Positions 38,885 through 47,676 of a DNA stretch of 64,000 nt are shown piece after piece; within the stretch, counting starts at the first letter, position 1; the number at the start of each line of letters is the position of its first letter. The notes under the pieces are model-generated. The model worked only from the letters and a program-made list of their open reading frames with translations. It did no database searches and was not told the DNA's origin. Source of the stretch: Alphaproteobacteria bacterium (GTDB lineage: Bacteria > Pseudomonadota > Alphaproteobacteria > RF32 > CAG-239). The stretch is taken from positions 8,149 through 72,148 of the forward strand of contig JAFUEX010000012.1 of NCBI GenBank assembly GCA_017470165.1, given 5' to 3'. A program made the position numbers and the translations under genes.

Positions 38885-39880
38885 TTAAAACATATCGGCA
38901 GCGGCGGCTGAGATATGCTGCTGATAATTCAAATCATAGATAATGACTTTTAATTTGTGACGCTCAGCAAATTTAAGCCCCTTTTCTACTCCCATGGCTA
39001 CAATAGCGGTAGCGTAAGCATCGGCCATCATACAAGAATCGTGAAAAACGCTGGCCGAAAGCACATCGGTTTCAACCGGATAGCCGGTTTGTGACGAGAT
39101 GGTGTGACCATAAGTTTTACCGTTGAGATTATAAAAATTGCGGTAGTTGCCGGAGGTGGCAACCGCCATATTACTGAGCGAAAGCACCAAAATATTTTCC
39201 CCTGATGCGGGAGACGGCTTGTTAATGCCGATTGTCCAAGGCTCGCCGGAAGATGTGCGATAACCTTTGGTTTTGATTTCGCCGCCGATTTCCACAATAT
39301 AGTCGTGATACCCCTCTTCATCAAGCAATTGGGCAACTGCATCCACACCATATCCCTTGGCAATGGCTGACAGGTTGAGTAATAAAGATGAATTTGTCTT
39401 GGCAACATATTGATAATCTTGCGAAAACTTTAACTTATTAAATCCGCTGGACTGCAACGCGGTTTTTATCTGCTTGGTTGAAGGAGCAAGAGGCTCGGAT
39501 GCACCAAACCCCCATAATTCTATCAGGCGTCCCAAAGACGGATCAAATGCCCCGTTGGTTTGGTAATAGACCAAGTCAGCCGCTTTGAGCACATGGCGCA
39601 TAATCGGTGATAATGCTATCTTTTTGCCGGCTTTGGCACGGTTGAGCTCCGAGATTTCGCTTTGCGTCTCAAATACAGATTGTGAATTGTTTATTTCTTG
39701 AAGTTTTTGTTCAATTTCGGCTTTTAAGTTACTGTTTTTATTATCGGTTCTTATTTTGATATTGTAGTAAGTTCCAAAGATTTCGCCTTTGATTATTTTG
39801 TAATGCGGAGAATAAGAATAGATAAATATCCCCACCAAAACCACAATTAACAGTATTGAAATATATTGAAAAAATCGCAT
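38885..39880 (-). CDS. apbE: FAD:protein FMN transferase (ApbE)
   Basis: 331 aa with ApbE-like blocks (GTYYNIK, GAFDPSLG, AKGYGVD, VATSGNY, MMADAYATA). Confidence 0.85.
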   Translation of the reverse strand: MRFFQYISILLIVVLVGIFIYSYSPHYKIIKGEIFGTYYNIKIRTDNKNSNLKAEIEQKLQEINNSQSVFETQSEISELNRAKAGKKIALSPIMRHVLKAADLVYYQTNGAFDPSLGRLIELWGFGASEPLAPSTKQIKTALQSSGFNKLKFSQDYQYVAKTNSSLLLNLSAIAKGYGVDAVAQLLDEEGYHDYIVEIGGEIKTKGYRTSSGEPWTIGINKPSPASGENILVLSLSNMAVATSGNYRNFYNLNGKTYGHTISSQTGYPVETDVLSASVFHDSCMMADAYATAIVAMGVEKGLKFAERHKLKVIIYDLNYQQHISAAAADMF

Positions 39881-39981
39881 ATTAACCTTGCATAAATATC
39901 TTTTAGCTTTTTACAAAAAACAAAAGTTGTTTTATAGTCATTGGCGGATGTTGTCAACAAAAAGAAGGAAGATTTCGGCTT

Positions 39982-40659
39982 ATGTTAAAAGAAATATATC
40001 ACAAATATACGGAAACAGCGCAAAAAATCAGAGAATCCGATTTTTGCAAAAATGCGCAGTGTTTCCAAAATCTGCTCATGACAAAAGTTAATGCCTTGGG
40101 TAAATATTTGGCCAAAAACAATGTCAGCGCCATTTCGGTTAGTATTTTCGGGTTTATTATCGGGCTTATGGCAATTAATTTTTTGGCTATGAATATGTAT
40201 TTTGAGGCCTTGGTGTGCATTCTGATTAATCGTTTCTGCGATATTTTGGATGGTGCGGTTGCCAAATTTGAGGGCGAAAGCGAATTTGGCAAATTTATTG
40301 ATGCTACATTGGATTTTATTTTTTACGGCGGAGTAATTTTCGGGTTTGCCTTGGCGGATATTCAGGAAAATGCCACAGCCGCGTGCTTTTTGCTGTTTGC
40401 CTTTATGTCGTCTGCCACCACGATGCTGGCGTTCGGAGTGGTGGATAAAAACGCCAAAGAGTTGAAGAAATCACCATTTTATTTGGGTGGTTTGGCGCAA
40501 GGGTTCGAGACATTGTGTGCATTGGTATTGCTGTGTGTGATGCCGTTTATTTTCAAGATGATTGCCATATTGCTGGGCTGCTGGTGCATTTTGAAGGTGC
40601 TGATTATTATTTCGGGAGCTTATTGGAAGTTTAACATCGCCGGCAAAGGCAAAAAATAA
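39982..40659 (+). CDS. CDP-alcohol phosphatidyltransferase family protein
   Basis: It carries the motif DILDGAVAK(x8)G(x3)D(x3)D (DILDGAVAKFEGESEFGKFIDATLDFIFY) and several TM helices. A good SD (gaaggaag) precedes the ATG at 39982. Confidence 0.7.
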   Translation: MLKEIYHKYTETAQKIRESDFCKNAQCFQNLLMTKVNALGKYLAKNNVSAISVSIFGFIIGLMAINFLAMNMYFEALVCILINRFCDILDGAVAKFEGESEFGKFIDATLDFIFYGGVIFGFALADIQENATAACFLLFAFMSSATTMLAFGVVDKNAKELKKSPFYLGGLAQGFETLCALVLLCVMPFIFKMIAILLGCWCILKVLIIISGAYWKFNIAGKGKK

Positions 40660-42176
40660 TGCGATACAAAGGGGTGCTGCTGGCAGCTTGGCTGATGCTG
40701 ACCGCAAACAATGCGGCACAGGCTCAGGTGCAACTTACCGCGGAGGCGGGATATAACGACAGCGGACGACTGGAGGTGCTGCTGGAGTTTGATATTGCCC
40801 GCGGCTGGCATATTTTTGCCCCGTTAGAACAAGAGTTCGGACAGCCGCTCAAAGTAGATTGGCAGCAACCGGCCAATGCGGTTGAGGTAAGTTTCAGCCG
40901 CCCTGTGACCTATAGTTCGGAAATGTTTTCGTATATGGGTTATGCAGGAAAGGCTTATTGGAAGACCACACTGGAGGTTGAAGACGAGACACCGCAGGCT
41001 ATAGTCAGCTGGCAGGCTTGCGCCGGTGATGAGTGCGTGCCACAAAGCAATATTTTGACCATTGACAAGCAAAACATTAACCGCAAGCGTTTTGAAGAAA
41101 AGCTACAAGCGGCCGAACGAACCTTTGTGACCGAACAAAACGAGAATGACTTTGATTGGCTGGCAGCATTGGTTGGAGCTTTAATCGGTGGAATTATCCT
41201 CAATTTGATGCCTTGCGTGTTGCCGGTACTGGGCTTCAAACTGATTACCTTGGCCAAAACTCCGGCCGCTCATCGCCGCAGCGAGGCGGTGGTTTACACA
41301 CTGGGTGTTTTGGCCTCAATGTTGGTTTTGGCATTGATTTTGTTGGTGTTGCGGCAAGCCAATCCGCATTTGGGATGGGGCTTTCAGATGCAGTCGCCGC
41401 TGTTTATTGCCGCGATGCTGGTTTTGTTTGTGGTGCTTACCCTTGTATTGTTTGAAAAAATCCATATCAGCGGCAGTTGGTTGAATAAGTTGAATAACAT
41501 TCATTTTACCGATTATCGAGCAGAGGCTTTCGGATCTGGTGTTTTGTCGGTACTGGTTGCCTCACCTTGCACGGCTCCGTTTATGGGTACGGCCGTCGGT
41601 TATGCGTTGTTTGCCCCTACCCTGAATTATATGGCGGTGTTTTGCTGTTTGGGGCTGGGATATGCCGCACCGTTTGCGCTATTGGCCTTGTTTCCCAAAG
41701 CGGTAAGCAGAATTTTGCCCAAACCGGGGAAATGGATGAACATATTTAAGGCGATATTGGGAATACCTTTGGTGTGCACAATTGTATGGCTGGCTTGGGT
41801 TTTGCTGGCGCAAACCGGAGTTTTAATCAACCAACGGCATTTGCAATGGGAGGAGTACAGCTTGGACAAGGTGGAGGCGGCTTTGCAGGTAAACCGTCCG
41901 GTATTGATAGATTTTACCGCTGATTGGTGCATCACTTGTTTGGTAAACAAAAAAACGGCACTGCAATCAAATACTATGGCGCAAATAGCTCAAGAAAAAA
42001 ACATTTTGCTGTTGAAAGCGGATATAACAACCAAAAACTCAAAAGCCGCCGCAGGTTTAGGCCGCTATGGAAGAGCTAGTGTGCCGCTTTATGTGTATTA
42101 TGACGGAAAATCAGAAGATTATGTCATATTACCGCAGATTTTAACTCCGCAGATTTTGCAGGAATATATCCGTTAA
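40659..42176 (+). CDS. dsbD: thiol:disulfide interchange protein DsbD/ScsB-like
   Basis: It has a signal peptide and a periplasmic N-domain. The CcdA-like TM core reads LNLMPCVLPVL ... ASPCTAPFMG, and the C-terminal thioredoxin reads DFTADWCITC. Its start overlaps the upstream stop (TAATG). Confidence 0.8.
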   Translation: MRYKGVLLAAWLMLTANNAAQAQVQLTAEAGYNDSGRLEVLLEFDIARGWHIFAPLEQEFGQPLKVDWQQPANAVEVSFSRPVTYSSEMFSYMGYAGKAYWKTTLEVEDETPQAIVSWQACAGDECVPQSNILTIDKQNINRKRFEEKLQAAERTFVTEQNENDFDWLAALVGALIGGIILNLMPCVLPVLGFKLITLAKTPAAHRRSEAVVYTLGVLASMLVLALILLVLRQANPHLGWGFQMQSPLFIAAMLVLFVVLTLVLFEKIHISGSWLNKLNNIHFTDYRAEAFGSGVLSVLVASPCTAPFMGTAVGYALFAPTLNYMAVFCCLGLGYAAPFALLALFPKAVSRILPKPGKWMNIFKAILGIPLVCTIVWLAWVLLAQTGVLINQRHLQWEEYSLDKVEAALQVNRPVLIDFTADWCITCLVNKKTALQSNTMAQIAQEKNILLLKADITTKNSKAAAGLGRYGRASVPLYVYYDGKSEDYVILPQILTPQILQEYIR

Positions 42177-42287
42177 TCACTTAATGTTAAAAAGACGTAA
42201 TATTTAATAAGCGCGGTTGACATCTGCAGCGCTTGGCGATAATTTCAAGCCTGATTTTAACTTATATTTTACAGGTGAACAGTATTG

Positions 42288-43544
42288 ATGAGAAGAGTTG
42301 TGATTACGGGTATGGGCGCTTTAACCCCGTTCGGTTTGGGCGTTGATTTGACATGGAAATCTTTGTTGGATGGCAAAAGCGGCATCACAAACATCAGCAA
42401 GTTTGATGCCGCCGATTATAGTGCGCAGATTGCCGGCGAGATAATAATGGGCAAAGAAGCGCCGTTGTTTGATCCGGATACTGTTATGGAGCCTAAAGAC
42501 CAACGGCGGGTGGATGATTTTATATTGTACGGGCTGGGCGCTGCCAACGAGGCAATTAGGGATGCAGCTTGGATGCCCGAAGACGAGCAGGAAAAATGCC
42601 GCACCGGTGTGGCTGTCGGTTCGGGTATCGGCGGATTGAAGACGATTTATGCCACTTCGCAGCTTTTGGCAACCTCAGGACCGAAACGCATCAATCCGTT
42701 TTTTATCCCCTCAAGCATTATCAATATGGCCTCGGGGCACGTGTCGATGAAATACGGCTTTAAGGGACCCAATTTGTCCAATGTTACGGCCTGTGCTACC
42801 GGAGCTCATGCAGTTATTCACGGTTATCAGGCAATTGTGCTGGGCGATGCCGATGTAATGATTAGCGGCGGGGCGGAATCGGCGATTTATCCACTGGCTG
42901 TGGGCGGTTTTATGCAAGCAAGAGCATTGTCACACAGCTATAATGATCGGCCGCAAGAGGCCTCACGTCCGTGGGATAAGGGGCACGACGGATTTGTAAT
43001 GAGCGAAGGCGCCGGTGTGTTGGTGCTGGAAGAATATGAACACGCCATCAAACGCGGAGCTAAAATTTATGCTGAAGTGGTGGGATACGGCTGCAGCGGC
43101 GATGCTTATCACATTACCTCGCCGGCACCGGATGGCAACGGCGCCAAAAGAGCTATGAGCGAGGCCTTGAAAAAGGCGGGAATGCGTCCGGAAGAGATTG
43201 ATTATATCAATGCGCACGGCACCTCGACAATGGTGGGCGATGCGATGGAGGCCAAAGCGGTCAGAGAATTGTTCGGCAAAGCGGATAATTTGAAAATGTC
43301 ATCGACCAAATCGGCATTGGGACATATGCTGGGAGCAGCCGGTGCCGTTGAGACGATTGTTTGTGCCAAAGCTATTGAGAGTGGAATAGTGCCGCCGACT
43401 TTGAACCTGCACGACCCGATTGACGAGGCCGAGGGGCTTGATTTGGTGCCCAATAAAGCGGTAAGCCACACGGTTAAGGCGGCGATGACCAATTCGTTTG
43501 GTTTCGGCGGAACCAACGCGTCGATTATCTTGCGCAAAATATAA
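42288..43544 (+). CDS. fabF: beta-ketoacyl-ACP synthase II
   Basis: It has RRVVITGMG, the active-site ACATGAH, then NAHGTST and NSFGFGGTN. Confidence 0.95.
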   Translation: MRRVVITGMGALTPFGLGVDLTWKSLLDGKSGITNISKFDAADYSAQIAGEIIMGKEAPLFDPDTVMEPKDQRRVDDFILYGLGAANEAIRDAAWMPEDEQEKCRTGVAVGSGIGGLKTIYATSQLLATSGPKRINPFFIPSSIINMASGHVSMKYGFKGPNLSNVTACATGAHAVIHGYQAIVLGDADVMISGGAESAIYPLAVGGFMQARALSHSYNDRPQEASRPWDKGHDGFVMSEGAGVLVLEEYEHAIKRGAKIYAEVVGYGCSGDAYHITSPAPDGNGAKRAMSEALKKAGMRPEEIDYINAHGTSTMVGDAMEAKAVRELFGKADNLKMSSTKSALGHMLGAAGAVETIVCAKAIESGIVPPTLNLHDPIDEAEGLDLVPNKAVSHTVKAAMTNSFGFGGTNASIILRKI

Positions 43545-43571
43545 GCAATATTTGTAAGGTATGTTAAAGAA

Positions 43572-44489
43572 ATGTTGATGAAGACACAAGCACTGGTTTT
43601 TCCGGGGCAAGGCTCGCAAAAAATCGGTATGGGCAGAGATTTGTATGACAATTTTGCCGTGGCCAAGGAGGTGTTTGCCGAAGTTGATGATGCTTTGGGC
43701 TGCAAACTGACTGACATTATGTTTGATGGTCAGCAAGAGGAATTAAACCTCACCAACAATGCTCAACCGGCTATTTTGGCAGTGTCGATGGCTTATTTTG
43801 AGGTGTTTAAGTCTACCGGATTGATTGATGAGCAGAATATTAAATTTGCAGCGGGGCATTCGCTGGGTGAATATTCGGCATTGTGTGCAGCCGGAGCTTT
43901 GAGCTTGGCTGAGGCAGCGCGGTTGTTAAAGCTGCGGGGCGAATATATGATGTCTGCCTGCCGAAAAGAAAAAGGTGCGATGGCGGCAATTATCGGCTGG
44001 GATTTGGCAAAAGTGCGGGTGTTGGCCGAGGCTTTGGGATGCTATGTGGCTAATTCGAATTCGCCGGCGCAAATTGTGATATCCGGCAGTGAGGAAAATA
44101 TTACCCGTGCTGTTGAACAGGCTGCGGCCGAAGGGGCAAAACGCGCCATAAGGCTTAGTGTGTCGGGGGCTTTTCATTCGCCTTTGATGCAAAGCGCGGC
44201 AGAGGCGATGGGCAAGGTTTTGCCAAAAGCAAAAATAGCCGAGCCGAAGTTTAAGGTTATCAGCAATGTTACCGCCAAAGAATATGCGGATACAAACGAG
44301 ATAAAACACTTGCTGGAAGAACAAATTACAAGTACGGTAAAGTGGCAGGAGAGCGTTGGCTATATGAAGGAGTGTAATGTTGATGAGTTTGTCGAGGTGG
44401 GTTTTGGCAATGTGTTGAGCGGTTTGATAAAAAAGACTGTGCCGGATGCAGCCGTGCTGACCTCGAATGATTTGCTTAACCAATTATAA
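43572..44489 (+). CDS. fabD: malonyl CoA-ACP transacylase
   Basis: It has FPGQGSQ, GHSLGEY and SGAFHSPLM. The start may be 43578. Confidence 0.9.
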   Translation: MLMKTQALVFPGQGSQKIGMGRDLYDNFAVAKEVFAEVDDALGCKLTDIMFDGQQEELNLTNNAQPAILAVSMAYFEVFKSTGLIDEQNIKFAAGHSLGEYSALCAAGALSLAEAARLLKLRGEYMMSACRKEKGAMAAIIGWDLAKVRVLAEALGCYVANSNSPAQIVISGSEENITRAVEQAAAEGAKRAIRLSVSGAFHSPLMQSAAEAMGKVLPKAKIAEPKFKVISNVTAKEYADTNEIKHLLEEQITSTVKWQESVGYMKECNVDEFVEVGFGNVLSGLIKKTVPDAAVLTSNDLLNQL

Positions 44490-44506
44490 TAAAAGGAGTT
44501 GAAATA

Positions 44507-45148
44507 ATGATAAAAAAGATAATTTGCGCAGCTTTGGCTGTATCAATGATGAGCGCTTGTGCTGCTGATCCTTACACCGGCGAATCGAAGGTGGCCAAAA
44601 CCACTTGGGGCACCGGTATCGGTACTGCAGTCGGAGCAGGAATCGGCGCTTTGGCCGGCGGCAAAAAAGGTGCGCTTATCGGCGCGGGAGTCGGCGCCTT
44701 GGCCGGAGCCGGTGCCGGCGGATATATGGATTATCAGGCCAGCAAACTGCGGCAAGAGCTGGTGGGCACTGGAGTGCAGGTACGCGAAGAAAACGGGCAG
44801 ATTTATTTGATTATGCCGGGTAATATTACTTTTGACACCAACGAGGCTTATATCAAACAATCGTTCCAGCCGGTTGTGACCTCGATTGCCAAAGTGCTTA
44901 CCGAATATGACAAGACCTTGGTGATGGTCAACGGCTATACCGACAACACCGGCAGTGATGCGATTAATAATCCTTTGTCGGTAAAACGTGCCAACGCCGT
45001 GGCTGACTTTTTGCGGGTTAAAGGGGTGGCAGCTACACGGCTGCGTGCCAACGGCTATGGCTCGGCTAATCCGATTGCCTCCAATGCCACCGAGTCCGGA
45101 AGAGAGCAAAACCGACGGGTAGAGATTGTGTTGGTTAATATGCAATAG
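44507..45148 (+). CDS. OmpA-family lipoprotein with a glycine-zipper region
   Basis: It has lipobox VSMMSAC and a Gly-zipper (GAGIGALAGGKKGALIGAGVGALAGAG). The OmpA_C domain reads NGYTDNTGS...N..LS..RA..V..FL...NRRVEI. Confidence 0.85.
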   Translation: MIKKIICAALAVSMMSACAADPYTGESKVAKTTWGTGIGTAVGAGIGALAGGKKGALIGAGVGALAGAGAGGYMDYQASKLRQELVGTGVQVREENGQIYLIMPGNITFDTNEAYIKQSFQPVVTSIAKVLTEYDKTLVMVNGYTDNTGSDAINNPLSVKRANAVADFLRVKGVAATRLRANGYGSANPIASNATESGREQNRRVEIVLVNMQ

Positions 45149-45188
45149 CTTGATTTGAGGCTGATTTTCGGCCGATAAAAATGTATTT

Positions 45189-45226
45189 ACAGTCCCTGCC
45201 CTGAGGTGCGGGGACTGTTTTTTTGA
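45189..45226 (+). terminator. intrinsic terminator
   Basis: cagtccc...ggggactg followed by ttttttt. Confidence 0.7.
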
Positions 45227-45245
45227 ATTTATTTATTTTTTACAC

Positions 45246-45274
45246 TTGACACATTTGACAAAATCGGTTATATT
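45246..45274 (+). promoter_or_regulatory. putative sigma70 promoter
   Basis: ttgaca, 17 nt, then tatatt, 35 nt upstream of the ATG at 45309. Confidence 0.4.
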
Positions 45275-45308
45275 TGGCAACGTAATTTAATTAAATATTT
45301 TTATAATT

Positions 45309-45605
45309 ATGGAAAAAAGAAAAATTAATATCTCATTGGATGAGATGAAGAAATTGCGTCAAAATCAGGTTAGTTTAGAAGATTCTTTGAATTTTTTGAA
45401 GAAAAAAGGGTTAAGTAACGAGGAGATGGTAAAAGGCTGGAATGAGGCCTATGAGACGAAATGTCTGGGCATTCAGCGCAATCAGTTTCCTGGAGAGAAT
45501 CTCTCTCCTAGAGAGGCGTTCAGGTTCTTGTTCAAGAGTGTGGACGCCCACACTATGAAAGCCAAATATCCAGAGTTTCTGGATTTTATTCAAAATCAGG
45601 AATGA
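45309..45605 (+). CDS. hypothetical protein (98 aa)
   Basis: ORF track entry in AT-rich sequence with its own promoter-like element. No family recognised. Confidence 0.5.
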   Translation: MEKRKINISLDEMKKLRQNQVSLEDSLNFLKKKGLSNEEMVKGWNEAYETKCLGIQRNQFPGENLSPREAFRFLFKSVDAHTMKAKYPEFLDFIQNQE

Positions 45606-45658
45606 CGCAAAAAAGAAAAAGCCGTTGGTTATGCAATAAACCGGCGGCTTTTCGCGTT

Positions 45659-46354
45659 TCAGATACCCAAATCTTTGGGCCAAGGCAGTTTATTAAGACG
45701 GAAAAACTGCATTATCTCACTCCAATACAGTCGTTCGTTATAATGCATACGCCCGTCGGCCAAGCATATTTTGAGCAAGGTTTTCAGCAAATTATTAACA
45801 TCGGCCGTCGATTTGCCGGCCAGCTTGCTGAGCGAATCATAAAATTCCACTTGCGAGATACTTAAGGAACACAGATATTTGTTGATATAATGCAAGCTGA
45901 CATTATCAAACAAGTTGAGCCGGTATTGGATATATTCGTCAATAACTCCGATTTTGAGCTTTTGACTGTCATCATCACTGCAAGCCATAAACAGCATCAG
46001 CACAATATCATCATACAGCGGCTGCAACAGCTCGCCGTTTTTGCGCTTTTGCTGGCGAATTGAGGCGGTTTCGTCAGTATGGGAGCCGACAGCATCTTCG
46101 CCCAGCAGCGCATAAAAATCGCGGATAAATTCAACAGGGGTGTCATAAACCTTGTCACGGCTTAAATCGCGGATGGTTTGAATATAATGCTGCTCAAAAA
46201 TAAATGTCTTTTCCAAACGATAGATATAAATACTGAAAAAATACACTCCCCCTTTTTGCACAATACTGCGGACAGCGGCGGTTTCGGTATAAATGCGGCC
46301 GGAATTGACCAAATCTATGTTCAGATTATAAAATTTGTCCGTGGTTTGCGGCAT
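45659..46354 (-). CDS. hypothetical protein with a possible TerB-like C-terminal domain
   Basis: 231 aa. The C-terminal half (LMLFMACSDDD...LLKTLLKICLADGRMHYNERLYWSEIMQFF) resembles TerB/DjlA-N helical repeats. The call is weak. Confidence 0.45.
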   Translation of the reverse strand: MPQTTDKFYNLNIDLVNSGRIYTETAAVRSIVQKGGVYFFSIYIYRLEKTFIFEQHYIQTIRDLSRDKVYDTPVEFIRDFYALLGEDAVGSHTDETASIRQQKRKNGELLQPLYDDIVLMLFMACSDDDSQKLKIGVIDEYIQYRLNLFDNVSLHYINKYLCSLSISQVEFYDSLSKLAGKSTADVNNLLKTLLKICLADGRMHYNERLYWSEIMQFFRLNKLPWPKDLGI

Positions 46355-46431
46355 AAAATCAGCCCTTAAAAAACATTATTGTCGAAAATATACTATAAAT
46401 AAAAAATGATAAAAAATTGTTAACTGCGGGA

Positions 46432-46460
46432 TTGATTTTAGATTTTGAATATGTTAACAT
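46432..46460 (+). promoter_or_regulatory. putative promoter with extended -10
   Basis: ttgatt, 17 nt, then (tgt)taacat. Confidence 0.35.
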
Positions 46461-46503
46461 CATCGATGTAGAGATGAATTATTAACTTAAAACAATATAT
46501 ATT

Positions 46504-46986
46504 ATGTACACAATCAGATTAGGGGATGTTTATGAAGTTTTCGGCGCTTCAAAACTTGATACCCGCAGAATTTGTAACTTATGTTTGCGTTCTGTATCGC
46601 CGGTCGCCTTAGAGTATGATAAGACTTATGGATTTTGCGTCAACTTTTTGGGAATCTCCGGAGAAGATTTGATGGGCTATTTAGACCTGAACGAAGGTCG
46701 CAAAAATGTCTATCAATATTTGAGCAATGGGGTTGTGCTTGATGAGGATTTGCGTTTTCTTAAGGCCAAATTGACCGAAATGCGAGTGGCTCGTTTTGAA
46801 TACAAAAGTGTGCCTTGGTTGAAATTGTCCAAGAAACTGCGTGCTCGTAAAAAGTTAAGCAAACTTGCCAATGTGCCGATAGATGCTCAATATGTCTTTG
46901 ATATGACGTATTATTATTTTACCCGCACTTTGGGATTGTCTAAAGATGATGCAAGGAAAAACATAATACATTGCATCAATAGCTAG
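46504..46986 (+). CDS. hypothetical protein (160 aa)
   Basis: ORF track entry. No family recognised. Confidence 0.5.
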   Translation: MYTIRLGDVYEVFGASKLDTRRICNLCLRSVSPVALEYDKTYGFCVNFLGISGEDLMGYLDLNEGRKNVYQYLSNGVVLDEDLRFLKAKLTEMRVARFEYKSVPWLKLSKKLRARKKLSKLANVPIDAQYVFDMTYYYFTRTLGLSKDDARKNIIHCINS

Positions 46987-47068
46987 AGAGGCGGACTAAC
47001 TACCTGACCGAAAAAACTGTTTATCAGTTTTTTCGGTTTTATTTTTGGCAAATTTTGACATTTTGGAG

Positions 47069-47097
47069 TTGATTTTGAAGAAAAAATATGGTATAAA
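47069..47097 (+). promoter_or_regulatory. putative promoter with extended -10
   Basis: ttgatt, 17 nt, then (tgg)tataaa. It contains aaaaatatggtata, also seen at 15468-15481. Confidence 0.4.
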
Positions 47098-47136
47098 ACT
47101 CGCATAAGCTAAATTATTAATAATAAAAAATATATT

Positions 47137-47637
47137 ATGATGAGCATGGTAGACATACGCAGTGCTTACAGGTGTCTGAGCACTCGGGAGAAAGCCAGCC
47201 AAAATTATGACCGGTTGATTGATTGGGTAGTTTTGAGCTTGGCACGGGTTAGAAGCGAATACCGCATCGTCTATGACCTGATAGCGATGGGAACTTCAAA
47301 TCCGCAGTACCTTTTCCACTACTGCGACTTTACTATCTCCCGGCCGGAGATAGCAGAGTTGGTACACCGCCAATATGATACTGACAACAATCCGGTTTTG
47401 GTAAAATGTCAGGCAATTGATGGTTTGTATTTTTTGAAAAAACAACAAAATTTTTTCAAAGGAGTTGTTTATACACTCAGGTTAAGAAAAAGATTCAAAG
47501 AGATTCCTAACAAGGAAGACCTGCTCGAAGCCTGTGTGATACGCCTGAAAGAGGTAAAAACGAACGAGCAATTGGAAAGAGACTTAATGGCTCGCATTGA
47601 GCAATTGCAAGCGCTGACCTCACAAGAAGAAGTTTAA
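47137..47637 (+). CDS. hypothetical protein (166 aa)
   Basis: ORF track entry with a C-terminal coiled-coil-like segment. No family recognised. Confidence 0.5.
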   Translation: MMSMVDIRSAYRCLSTREKASQNYDRLIDWVVLSLARVRSEYRIVYDLIAMGTSNPQYLFHYCDFTISRPEIAELVHRQYDTDNNPVLVKCQAIDGLYFLKKQQNFFKGVVYTLRLRKRFKEIPNKEDLLEACVIRLKEVKTNEQLERDLMARIEQLQALTSQEEV

Positions 47638-47643
47638 TTTTAA

Positions 47644-47676
47644 CCCCCGCTGTAATCGTTTACAGCGGGGATTTGT
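47644..47676. terminator. hairpin between convergent genes
   Basis: ccccgctgtaa-tcgt-ttacagcgggg, a perfect 11-bp stem. Confidence 0.65.
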
